This document shows, piece by piece, positions 17,585-25,093 of a stretch of 38,157 nt of DNA. The first letter of the stretch is position 1, and each line of letters begins with the position of its first letter. This DNA is from Verrucomicrobiia bacterium (lineage in GTDB: Bacteria > Chloroflexota > Limnocylindria > Limnocylindrales > CSP1-4), in assembly GCA_035577485.1 (NCBI GenBank), contig DATLVO010000110.1, positions 1 through 38,157 on the forward strand. The letters are read 5' to 3'. A program made the translations under genes and the position numbers. The notes beneath the pieces were generated by a model. It saw only the letters and a list, made by a program, of their open reading frames with translations. It did no database searches and was not told where the DNA came from.

Positions 17585-18901
17585 TTGCGTTCGTACGGTT
17601 CGGCGATGATCTCGAGTGGGCAGGGTGAGCAGCTCGGCCGGTCCGGCACCGTGACGAATCGATGGAGCGGCGCGGTTCTTGGGTGGTCGTCGGTGGTGAC
17701 CCGTCTCCGGCAGAGCGACTATTTCGTCATTGGAGCGAGTCGTCGCTTCCGCGCGGCCCAGCGGCGGCGAACGCGGACCGCCAGTCGGGCCGGATTCCTG
17801 GTCATCGCTGCAGCGGTCGCCTTCGACGCGATCGCCCTGCTCGGCCTCCAGGGCAGCGAGACGATGACGGCGCTCGCGCTGAGCGCGAGCACGGTCGGGA
17901 TTGCCCTGGCGGGCTGGCTGCTGCTGGCGCGGCGTCTGCGCCGATACCCCGAGCCCGTGGCATGGGTCGTCGCGATGGGCGTCGCCGTCACGACGGTGGC
18001 AACCGGCCTCACGATCCAGAGCCTCGCGGTGCAAACGGCCGGGTACCTCATCGTGATCCCGGTGCTCGTCTCGCTCGTCCTTCCATGGCGCACCATCACC
18101 CACGTCCGGTGGCTTCTCGGGTATGCGGTCGTCGCCATCGCGTACTTCATCCTCGAACCGAACGATTCGTTCAACGTCGGTGAGCGTGGAGACCTCATCG
18201 TCGTCCTCCTCGTTTCGGTCGGCGCCAGCCTCGCCGGACACGTCCTCCTGCAGTCGTCGCAGCATCGGGCGTTTGCACAGCTCGAGCGCATTCGCGCGCT
18301 ACAGCGTCGCGCAGCGGCCGACATGGTCGAGCTCGAGCGTGCCCACCACGCACTCGAGCTGACGGCCCGAACGGATCCCCTGACCGGAGCGGGCAACCGG
18401 CGTCGCCTCAGCGAGGACCTCCGGGCCGTGCGAGCGCACATCCACCGCTCCGGGTTCACGTACGGCTTGGTCGAGCTCGACCTCGATCGCTTCAAGGCGA
18501 TCAACGACATGCAAGGCCACGCTGCGGGCGACGAAGTCCTGCGCCGGGTCGTCGAGGCGATCCAGGCGTCCCTTCGTGCGAACGACGCCGTGTATCGACT
18601 GGGCGGCGAGGAATTCGCCGTCATCCTGTCCGTGCCCACGCTGGACGGTCTCGCGGCCGCGATGGAGCGCCTTCGCACGATCGTCCTCGGGCTCCGCATC
18701 GATCACCCCGCAAACCCACCCCACGGCGTCGTCTCGATCAGTCTCGGTGGGACGCTGATCGGCCTCGACGACCTCGCGGACTCCGATGACGCCTGGTTCC
18801 GACGGACCGACCGTGCGCTCTACGCGGCAAAGGACGGCGGCCGGAATCGCGTGGAGCTCTGGTCTCGTCCTGAGGAGGATGCCGGAGCCCCGAGCGAGTA
18901 A
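17585..18901 (+). CDS. membrane-anchored diguanylate cyclase (GGDEF)
   Basis: 438-aa ORF (start uncertain: TTG 17585 or ATG 17606). Several TM segments, a coiled linker, then DPLTGAGNRR...RANDAVYRLGGEEFAV, which carries the GGEEF active site with an RxxD I-site 5 residues upstream. Confidence 0.9.
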   Translation: MRSYGSAMISSGQGEQLGRSGTVTNRWSGAVLGWSSVVTRLRQSDYFVIGASRRFRAAQRRRTRTASRAGFLVIAAAVAFDAIALLGLQGSETMTALALSASTVGIALAGWLLLARRLRRYPEPVAWVVAMGVAVTTVATGLTIQSLAVQTAGYLIVIPVLVSLVLPWRTITHVRWLLGYAVVAIAYFILEPNDSFNVGERGDLIVVLLVSVGASLAGHVLLQSSQHRAFAQLERIRALQRRAAADMVELERAHHALELTARTDPLTGAGNRRRLSEDLRAVRAHIHRSGFTYGLVELDLDRFKAINDMQGHAAGDEVLRRVVEAIQASLRANDAVYRLGGEEFAVILSVPTLDGLAAAMERLRTIVLGLRIDHPANPPHGVVSISLGGTLIGLDDLADSDDAWFRRTDRALYAAKDGGRNRVELWSRPEEDAGAPSE

Positions 18902-18906
18902 TCCCT

Positions 18907-18931
18907 CGACCGATCAAGCCATGGTCGGTCG
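18907..18931. terminator. hairpin between convergent GGDEF gene and 90-aa ORF
   Basis: CGACCGA (18907-18913), 11-nt loop, TCGGTCG (18925-18931). No clear U-tract. Confidence 0.3.
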
Positions 18932-19033
18932 TCGGAGAGGGGCCGGCGACGGGACGAGCACGGTACCGGCGCGCTCGCCCCGCGTCCGACCACTGCGAAC
19001 GGGCTGGGCCACCCGCCCGGTCGACGCTCCGCT

Positions 19034-19306
19034 CTAGGCGGCTCGCCGTTCGTCGTCGTCGAGGGCCGTGATCGTCCAGCGCCGCGAACGATGCTGATAC
19101 GTGAGGGCGACACGCGCCCTGGGCGTCTCGACGTCGAAGAGGGTCCGCGGGCCGGTGACCACTGGGTATGCGGCCGCTTCCTCGCGCACGGCGTTGAGAC
19201 GGGTGACGGGCAGGTGCTCGTCGCCCCAGGTGATCTCTCGTGGGCTGCCATCGAACCAGCCGGTCCGGACGTGGACCTCCACTGGCTCGACTCTGATCAT
19301 CGCCAT
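19034..19306 (-). CDS. hypothetical 90-aa protein, predicted SOS-regulated
   Basis: ATG at 19306 is preceded by AAGGAG with 6-nt spacing. MAMIRVEPVEVHVRTGWFDGSPREITWGDEHLPVTRLNAV... No TM segment. Two LexA boxes and a TTGACA lie upstream. Sits directly downstream of dinB on the same strand. Confidence 0.65.
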   Translation of the reverse strand: MAMIRVEPVEVHVRTGWFDGSPREITWGDEHLPVTRLNAVREEAAAYPVVTGPRTLFDVETPRARVALTYQHRSRRWTITALDDDERRAA

Positions 19307-19392
19307 TCCAGGCTCCTTGCAGCGAGCCGACGCGGGAGCGCCGGCAGGGGGATCGCTTTGGCTCGCGTCCGTCGTCGGGGCACATCGGCGAC

Positions 19393-19448
19393 TGGAACGT
19401 CTGTTCGGTTCTGACGTGATCCTGCATCGAACAGGTGTTCGATGTCAA
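19393..19448 (-). promoter_or_regulatory. promoter with two LexA (SOS) boxes for the 90-aa ORF
   Basis: TCGAACAGGTGTTCGA (19427-19442) matches TCGAAC-N4-GTTCGA perfectly. TGGAACGTCTGTTCGG lies at 19393-19408. On the minus strand the region reads CTTGACATCGAACACCTGTTCGA, the same -35/operator fusion as at lexA. Confidence 0.7.
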
Positions 19449-19509
19449 GGCCCTCGTCGACCGGATGTTCCGTGTCGGCTGTGTCAGCTAGGGCGTCACG
19501 ACGAGGACC

Positions 19510-19539
19510 ACGAACGGCCGGCGAAACGCCGACGGTTCG
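19510..19539 (-). terminator. imperfect hairpin just downstream of dinB stop
   Basis: CGAACGGCCGGCG-AAA-CGCCGACGGTTCG, 11 of 13 positions paired, no U-tract. Confidence 0.25.
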
Positions 19540-19578
19540 AGAGCCCGCGGCTGGTCGCCAGGTCCACTGGGAGCGCGG

Positions 19579-20922
19579 TCAGTCCATTGGTTCGATCCCG
19601 GGCTCGGGCCCGTCCGCTTCGTCGGCTTCGTCGGCTTCGTCGAGATCCTCGCCTTCCGCTGCTCGGTCCGGGGTCGCCTCCTCCAAGCCGTCGTCGACGG
19701 CGATCGACCGCTTGTCGACCGGCGTCATCGGGTCGCGCTCGAACGGGGCCGGCAGGCGCGAGCCGACGAGCCGAGCCCGGGTGATCGCCCGCTCGCCGTA
19801 CTTGTGGCGGACCTCGTCGGCCGCCTCGACCACCTTCCGGCGGCGTGGCTCGTCGGCCTCGGCGGCGAAGAGGACCGCCTGGTCGGGCTCGCCCAGGCCC
19901 GAGGCGGTCACGCCGAGGAGCCGGATCCGGACGCCCCGGACCTCGGGTCGGGCGAGATCGAGGGCGGTCCGGAAGATCGGCTCGGTCAGGTCCGTCGGAG
20001 CGGGCAGGGTCCGCTGGCGGGTGATCGTCCGGAACGTCGTGTCCCGGATCTTCACCGTGATCGTCGAGGCGCGGACCCCGCTGTCGCGGAGGCGCCCGGC
20101 GACGCCCTCGCTCATGCCGAGGAGGGTCCGCTCGATCACCTCGCGATCGGACGTATCGACATCGAACGTGTGCTCGTGGCCGATCGACTTCGCCGGGTCC
20201 CGCCCTCCGACGGGATCGGCGTCCCGGCCCCGGGCTCGCTCGCCGATCGCCGCCCCGTACTTGCCGAATCGCCGCACGAGGAGGTCGTCGGGGAGTGCCG
20301 CCAGGTCGCCGATCGTCCGGACGCCGTATTCGCGCAGGGCCGCCGCCGACTTCGCACCGACACCCCACAGCCGGGAGATCGAGAGAGGCGCCAGGAACTC
20401 GGCTTCCGTGCCCGGCTCGACCACGACGAGGCCGTCCGGCTTCCGCAGGTCCGACGCGATCTTCGCGACGAGCTTCGTCGTCGCCACCCCGACCGAGATC
20501 GTCAGCTCGACCTCCCGCCGGATCGCGTCCTTGATCTGGCGGCCGATCGCCTCGCCGTCGCCGAACAGGCCGCGCGACCCAGTCACGTCGAGGAACGCCT
20601 CGTCGATCGAGATCGGTTCGACCAGGGGCGTGAACCGGCGCAGCACGGCCATGACGTCGCGACTCACCGCCAGGTACTTCGCTCCGTCGACCGGCACGAA
20701 GATGCCGTGGGGGCAGAGCCGGCCCGCCTGGCGGAGGGGCATCGCGCTGTGGACGCCGAAGGCCCGCGCCTCGTAGCTCGCGGTGCTGACGACGCCGCGA
20801 TCGTTGGGGCCGCCGCCACCGACGATCACCGGCTTGCCCCGGAGCTCCGGGCGATCGCGCTGCTCGACCGCCGCGAAGAACGCGTCGAGGTCGACGTGGA
20901 GGATCGTGCGGGTCTGGGTCAC
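19579..20922 (-). CDS. dinB: DNA polymerase IV (Y-family)
   Basis: 447-aa ORF (GTG start) beginning MTQTRTILHVDLDAFFAAVEQRD...VSTASYEARAFGVHSAMP. It has an acidic C-terminal tail. Confidence 0.95.
   Translation of the reverse strand: MTQTRTILHVDLDAFFAAVEQRDRPELRGKPVIVGGGGPNDRGVVSTASYEARAFGVHSAMPLRQAGRLCPHGIFVPVDGAKYLAVSRDVMAVLRRFTPLVEPISIDEAFLDVTGSRGLFGDGEAIGRQIKDAIRREVELTISVGVATTKLVAKIASDLRKPDGLVVVEPGTEAEFLAPLSISRLWGVGAKSAAALREYGVRTIGDLAALPDDLLVRRFGKYGAAIGERARGRDADPVGGRDPAKSIGHEHTFDVDTSDREVIERTLLGMSEGVAGRLRDSGVRASTITVKIRDTTFRTITRQRTLPAPTDLTEPIFRTALDLARPEVRGVRIRLLGVTASGLGEPDQAVLFAAEADEPRRRKVVEAADEVRHKYGERAITRARLVGSRLPAPFERDPMTPVDKRSIAVDDGLEEATPDRAAEGEDLDEADEADEADGPEPGIEPMD
19615..19641. repeat. 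9-bp tandem repeat x3 inside dinB 3' end
   Basis: GCTTCGTCG x3, perfect. On the coding strand it encodes the (DEA)3 part of the acidic tail LDEADEADEADGPE. Confidence 0.9.
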
Positions 20923-20968
20923 GCGGCCATCATCGCGCGCCCGTCACGGGTCGCGCGGATTGCCGGCC

Positions 20969-21020
20969 GCGGCTCTCCCGCCGCCGTCCCGCGGCTCTCC
21001 CGCCGCCGTCCCGCGGCTCG
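20969..21020. repeat. 22-bp tandem repeat, 2.4 copies
   Basis: GCGGCTCTCCCGCCGCCGTCCC at 20969-20990 and 20991-21012 (identical), with a partial third copy at 21013-21020. Confidence 0.9.
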
Positions 21021-21265
21021 AAATTGTCATACGACCACCAGGCGGGCGTTAGTCGCCGGAATTCGGCGTGGCAGGCCGAATCCGGGCGCTCCGCAGCTAC
21101 TTGCCGAGCGTCGGGATCGGGTCCGAGGCTCGTCGACCGCCGCACCACGGCCCGAAATTGTCAAACGACCACTAGGCGGGCGTTAGTCGCCAAGAATCAC
21201 GTGTGCGGGCCGCATCCGACGCGAAATTAGCGCTCCGCAGCTACTTGCGGCGCTTCGGGAGCGCC
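21013..21265. repeat. degenerate direct duplication of a unit of about 120-145 bp in the rplI-dinB spacer
   Basis: The 39-mer CGAAATTGTCA(T/A)ACGACCAC(C/T)AGGCGGGCGTTAGTCGCC occurs at 21019-21057 and 21153-21191 (2 mismatches). The 19-mer GCGCTCCGCAGCTACTTGC occurs at 21086-21104 and 21230-21248 (identical). Sequence between the blocks is partly similar. Confidence 0.85.
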
Positions 21266-21369
21266 CGGGCCGGTCTAACGACCGCGTGGCGGTCGGATGG
21301 CAGGAACTTGGCCGCCGGCTGCGACCGCGGCGACGGCCCTGCCCGCGGCCGCGACCCTTGCCCGAGAAC

Positions 21370-21816
21370 CTAGCCCTTTGGCTCGACGACGATCGTGACC
21401 TCGGGCGCGAGCCCGCTGAAGACCTTGATCGCGACCTTGTACGTGCCGAGCGACTTCAGCGGCTCCTCCAGGTCGATCTTGTGGCGGTCGACGTCGATCC
21501 CCCGCCGGGCGAGGGCGTCGGCGATGTCCTTGGCCGTGATCGAGCCGTAGAGCTTGCCGCCTTCGCCGACCTTGACGCCCATCGTGAGGGTCGTCGACCC
21601 GATGCGGGTCGCGGCGATCTCGGCGTCCTCGCGCTCGCGCTTGCGCTTGTCCTCGCGGCTGGCGATGTCGTGCTGCCAGGCGCGGTAGGCGCCACCCGCG
21701 GCGGGGACGGCGACCCCGTTGGGGATCAGGAAGTTGGTGGCGTAGCCATCGGCCACCGACTTCATCTCGCCGCTCTTGCCGAGCTTGTCGACGTCCTTGG
21801 TCAGGATGACCTTCAC
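21370..21816 (-). CDS. rplI: 50S ribosomal protein L9
   Basis: GTG at 21816..21814 with GGGAGG 10 nt upstream gives VKVILTKDVDKLGKSGEMKSVADGYATNFLIPNG... (148 aa). The track start at 21843 is over-extended. The GTG overlaps the upstream TGA (GTGA). Confidence 0.9.
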   Translation of the reverse strand: MKVILTKDVDKLGKSGEMKSVADGYATNFLIPNGVAVPAAGGAYRAWQHDIASREDKRKREREDAEIAATRIGSTTLTMGVKVGEGGKLYGSITAKDIADALARRGIDVDRHKIDLEEPLKSLGTYKVAIKVFSGLAPEVTIVVEPKG

Positions 21817-22325
21817 GCGATCGGTTCCTCCCTGTTGATCCACTGCCGGACACGCGGGCCGATGCCCGACTCGTTGATCGCCGTCCCGGCCTGGCCGAGC
21901 AGCTCCGGGATCCGCCGGATCGTCTTGCGAACCGGGCCCGGCGTCAATCGCCGGATCCTGGCGATGTCCTCGTCGAACGCGGCCCGATCGATCTCGAGCT
22001 CGGCGAGCTTCTCGGCGAGGAGCTCCTCCGGCACGCCGTCGAGGAAGGCGTCGATCGCGAGCACGACGACGACGAGGTCGTCGAGACCGCCGAGGAGCGG
22101 GATCTCGTCGGGGATCAGGTCGCGGCCGATCAGGATGTAGCCAGCGGCGCCAGCGAGGAATGCCTTGCGCGCCGCGGGGGTCCGCTCGTCGACGATCAGG
22201 GCCAGCATCAGTCGCGCGTACGTGGGCGCCCGGCTGGCGAGCGGCATGAACGCCATCAGCCCGAGGGCTCGACCGAGCGCGCTCGAGCGCCGGCTCTTCT
22301 GATTGTCCTTCGAACCGCGGGCCAT
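21813..22325 (-). CDS. DUF1232 (YkvA-like) membrane protein
   Basis: ATG at 22325 with GAAGGGA upstream gives MARGSKDNQKS...AAGYILIGRDLIPDEIPLLGGLDDLVVVVLAIDAF..., the signature DUF1232 core. Confidence 0.72.
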   Translation of the reverse strand: MARGSKDNQKSRRSSALGRALGLMAFMPLASRAPTYARLMLALIVDERTPAARKAFLAGAAGYILIGRDLIPDEIPLLGGLDDLVVVVLAIDAFLDGVPEELLAEKLAELEIDRAAFDEDIARIRRLTPGPVRKTIRRIPELLGQAGTAINESGIGPRVRQWINREEPIA

Positions 22326-22437
22326 TCGCGTCCCTTCACCCAGCCGCCGGCCGAGGGCCGCGCGCTCGCGCGTCCACGCCGGGGTCGGTGAGTCTACCAG
22401 CCCGGCCGGCAACGGCTCGGCCACGCCGGGCTCGATC

Positions 22438-22465
22438 TTGACATCGAACGTCCGTTCGGTATCAT
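22438..22465 (+). promoter_or_regulatory. lexA promoter with embedded LexA box (autoregulation)
   Basis: TTGACA (22438-22443), TCGAACGTCCGTTCGG (22444-22459), TATCAT (22460-22465), 16-nt spacer. AAGGAGG at 22474-22480 lies 5 nt before GTG 22486. Confidence 0.8.
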
Positions 22466-22485
22466 GCAGCAACAAGGAGGCGCCG

Positions 22486-23136
22486 GTGACCAAGCACGAT
22501 GCGGACCGCAAGGTCAGGATCCTGGACTTCATCGCAGCGACGCTGCGTGCCCGGGGTTTCCCGCCGTCGGTCCGCGAGATCGCCAAGGCCGTCGGGCTGG
22601 CTTCGACGTCGGCGGTCCACCATCACCTCCAGATCCTCGAGCGCGACGGCTACCTCGAGCGAGGCGCCGCTCAGTCCCGGGCGATCCGCCTGACGCCGTA
22701 CGCGGCCATCCGTCTCGGTCTCGCCGCGGAGCTCGTCCCCCAATCGGTCACGATGGAGGCGCACGTGCTCCCGGTCGTCGGCGAAATCGCCGCCGGCGGC
22801 CCGATCGAGGCGTACCAGGACGCGTCTGAGACCATCGGGATCCCGGACATGCTGGCGCCGTCGGGCGATGCATACGTCCTCAAGGTCCGTGGCGACTCGA
22901 TGATCGAGGCCCACATCGCGGACGGAGACTTCGTCCTGATCCGGCCCCAGAATACGGCCCGCAATGGCGACATCGTCGTCGCCCAGGTGGAGGAGAACGC
23001 GGTCACCCTCAAGCGGTTCTTCAAGGAGAAGGACCGGATCCGCCTCCAGCCCGCGAACCCGGCGTATCCCGCCCAGTTCTACGACGATGTGCGCATTCAG
23101 GGCAAGCTCATCGGCGTGATCCGGAGGCTGGATTAG
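22486..23136 (+). CDS. lexA: LexA repressor
   Basis: GTG 22486 gives VTKHDADRKVRILDFIAATLRARGFPPSVREIAKAVGLASTSAVHHHLQILERDGYLER... Ala-Gly cleavage site (EIAAGGP), the GDSM serine motif and a later Lys. 216 aa. Confidence 0.95.
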   Translation: MTKHDADRKVRILDFIAATLRARGFPPSVREIAKAVGLASTSAVHHHLQILERDGYLERGAAQSRAIRLTPYAAIRLGLAAELVPQSVTMEAHVLPVVGEIAAGGPIEAYQDASETIGIPDMLAPSGDAYVLKVRGDSMIEAHIADGDFVLIRPQNTARNGDIVVAQVEENAVTLKRFFKEKDRIRLQPANPAYPAQFYDDVRIQGKLIGVIRRLD

Positions 23137-23282
23137 GGTCTGCCCGCCGGGACGGCCGATGGCGGCGTTGGCAGCCTGCGCCCCTCCCTCACGCACCTAA
23201 AGTGCGCTCGGTCGGGTACTCGGCGGCCGCCTTGCCCTCGACCGTCGCAGCGGGCGATCGCAGAATCTGATCGGCGGCGCTG

Positions 23283-23394
23283 ATCTCCACAGGGTTTCCA
23301 CAGCCTTGGGCGGGGCCGGGGCAAGTCGTGGATGGAGTTCGTGGAGAAGCCCCTATCGGGCGGGGTGGACCGGCCGTGACACTGGAGGTGACAC
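23283..23394. promoter_or_regulatory. cluster of DnaA-box-like 9-mers and GTGACAC direct repeats upstream of dnaB
   Basis: ATCTCCACA (23283-23291) and GTTTCCACA (23294-23302). Reverse-oriented CGTGGATGG (23327-23335) and CGTGGAGAA (23340-23348). GTGACAC at 23376-23382 and 23388-23394. Confidence 0.3.
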
Positions 23395-23421
23395 AGTCGA
23401 CCGCGACGATATCGAGAGCCC

Positions 23422-24771
23422 ATGATCGACCGCCTGCCGCCCCAGAGTCTCGAGGCCGAGCAGTCTGTGCTCGGCGCGCTACTCATTGATCGCGATGCCA
23501 TCGTCGAGGTCGCTGAGTTCCTCAAGCCGGCGGACTTCTATCGGCAGGCGAACGCCTCGATCTTCGCCGCGGCCCTCGAATTGTTCGAGCGACGCGAGCC
23601 CATCGACATCGTTACTGTCGCCGAAGCGCTCGAGCGGGCAGAGCAACTTGAGAGTGTGGGCGGGCGGGCCTATTTGTCCAGCCTGTCGAGTTCGACTCCC
23701 ACCGCCGTTCATGCCGTCCAGTACGCCCGGATCGTCGAACGAAAGGCTGTCCTACGAAACCTCATCGGCGCAGCCGGGCGGATCGCAGGGATCGGCTATG
23801 AGGATCCCGCGGAGATCCAGGAGGCGATCGATCGAGCCGAGGCGGAACTCTTCTCGGTCAGCCAGAAACGGATCGACTCCGGTTTTCAGAAGCTTGATTC
23901 GCTTCTTCACGAAGCCTACGACCGCCTCGACTATCTGCACGCCCACCGCGGCGAGATCAGCGGCGTCCGGACAGGGTTCACCGATCTCGACAGCCTGACC
24001 ACCGGCCTGCAGAAGAGCGACCTTGTCATCCTTGCCGCCCGGCCGAGCGTCGGCAAGACCAGCCTCGCCCTGAATATCGCGGAGCACGCGGCAGTGAAGG
24101 AGAAGAAGAGCGTCGGAGTCTTCAGCTTGGAGATGAGCAAGGAACAGTTGGTGCTGCGACTCCTATCGAGTGTCGCCAACATTGACAGCCAGCGCCTCCG
24201 AAGCGGCTTCCTCGAGGAGATGGACTTCGCTCGGATCGCGCCAGCAATGAACGCGTTGTCCGAGGCGCCTCTCTACATCGACGACACGCCAAGTATCAGC
24301 ACGATGGAGTTGCGGACCAAGGCCCGTAGGCTTCACGCGGAGGCCGGGTTGGACCTGGTGATCGTCGACTACCTCCAGCTCATGCAGGCGCCGACGACGC
24401 ACCGCGATTCCAACCGGGTCCAAGAAGTGTCGGAGATTTCGCGTGGGTTGAAGGCGCTCGCCCGCGAGTTGAGTGTCCCGGTCCTCGCTCTCTCGCAGCT
24501 CAGTCGGCAGCCCGAAATGCGAAACGAGAACGAACCCCGCCTATCCGACCTGCGTGAATCCGGGGCGATCGAGCAGGACGCGGACTTGGTCATGTTCCTC
24601 TACCGGGACAAAGATCGGCCAGCGGACGAAAGCGATGCGGACGGTGAAGTCATCCACCTCAAGTTGGCGAAGCATCGGAACGGGCCGACAGGCAACATCG
24701 ACCTTTGGTTCAAGAAGAGCCAGACTCGATTTGTCTCGTACGCTGGAGAGCGGTTCGCGGGTGTGAGCTGA
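23422..24771 (+). CDS. dnaB: replicative DNA helicase
   Basis: 449-aa ORF MIDRLPPQSLEAEQSVLGALLIDRDAI... Walker A ARPSVGKTSLALN, Walker B VIVDYLQLM. No intein. Confidence 0.95.
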   Translation: MIDRLPPQSLEAEQSVLGALLIDRDAIVEVAEFLKPADFYRQANASIFAAALELFERREPIDIVTVAEALERAEQLESVGGRAYLSSLSSSTPTAVHAVQYARIVERKAVLRNLIGAAGRIAGIGYEDPAEIQEAIDRAEAELFSVSQKRIDSGFQKLDSLLHEAYDRLDYLHAHRGEISGVRTGFTDLDSLTTGLQKSDLVILAARPSVGKTSLALNIAEHAAVKEKKSVGVFSLEMSKEQLVLRLLSSVANIDSQRLRSGFLEEMDFARIAPAMNALSEAPLYIDDTPSISTMELRTKARRLHAEAGLDLVIVDYLQLMQAPTTHRDSNRVQEVSEISRGLKALARELSVPVLALSQLSRQPEMRNENEPRLSDLRESGAIEQDADLVMFLYRDKDRPADESDADGEVIHLKLAKHRNGPTGNIDLWFKKSQTRFVSYAGERFAGVS

Positions 24772-24774
24772 GGA

Positions 24775-24978
24775 TCAGCCTTCGTATTCGAAGCCGATCT
24801 TGACCTCTACCCGGTATTCAACGATCTCGCCGTCGCGGACCTCGGCCGTCGACTTCACGACCTCGACGGTCTGGATGTTGCGAACCGTCTTCGATGCCGT
24901 CTCGACCGCCCGCCGGGCCGCGTCGCTCCATGAGTTCGGGCTCCGGCCGACCATCTCCCGGATGATGATGACACCCAT
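24775..24978 (-). CDS. dodecin family flavin-binding protein
   Basis: 67-aa ORF MGVIIIREMVGRSPNSWSDAARRAVETASKTVRNIQTVEVV...VKIGFEYEG, the typical dodecin fold sequence. Confidence 0.85.
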   Translation of the reverse strand: MGVIIIREMVGRSPNSWSDAARRAVETASKTVRNIQTVEVVKSTAEVRDGEIVEYRVEVKIGFEYEG

Positions 24979-25046
24979 GCGATCTCGGTCCTCCTGTCTG
25001 CGGTGACCGGAAGTCTAGCCACCTGATTCGACAGTGCCGGAATCGA

Positions 25047-25072
25047 CGAGGCCGGCCCATCGGCCGGCCTCG
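25047..25072 (-). terminator. perfect 11-bp GC hairpin downstream of zinc-ribbon gene
   Basis: CGAGGCCGGCC-CATC-GGCCGGCCTCG, located 22 nt past the stop at 25094. Weak U-tract. Confidence 0.45.
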
Positions 25073-25093
25073 ATGATTGCCGGGTGCGGCGCC

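Noticed and set aside
3980-21187. GACTAACG/ACTAACG motif shared by the ftcD-MFS spacer (3980-3987, 4003-4009) and the dinB-upstream repeat (CGTTAGTC at 21046-21053 and 21180-21187)
   Set aside because: A rough composition-based estimate gives 1-2 chance occurrences of such a 7-mer in 76 kb of two-strand sequence. Two of the four hits are copies of one duplication. This is not significant.
21024-21230. 68-aa ORF spanning the duplicated unit
   Set aside because: Arg/Ala/Thr-rich with no RBS. It spans both repeat copies in a way that suggests accidental openness.
20923-21369. LexA box for dinB
   Set aside because: I searched the spacer for GAAC-N4-GTTC and relaxed variants and found none. TCGAAATTGTCATACGA is not palindromic.
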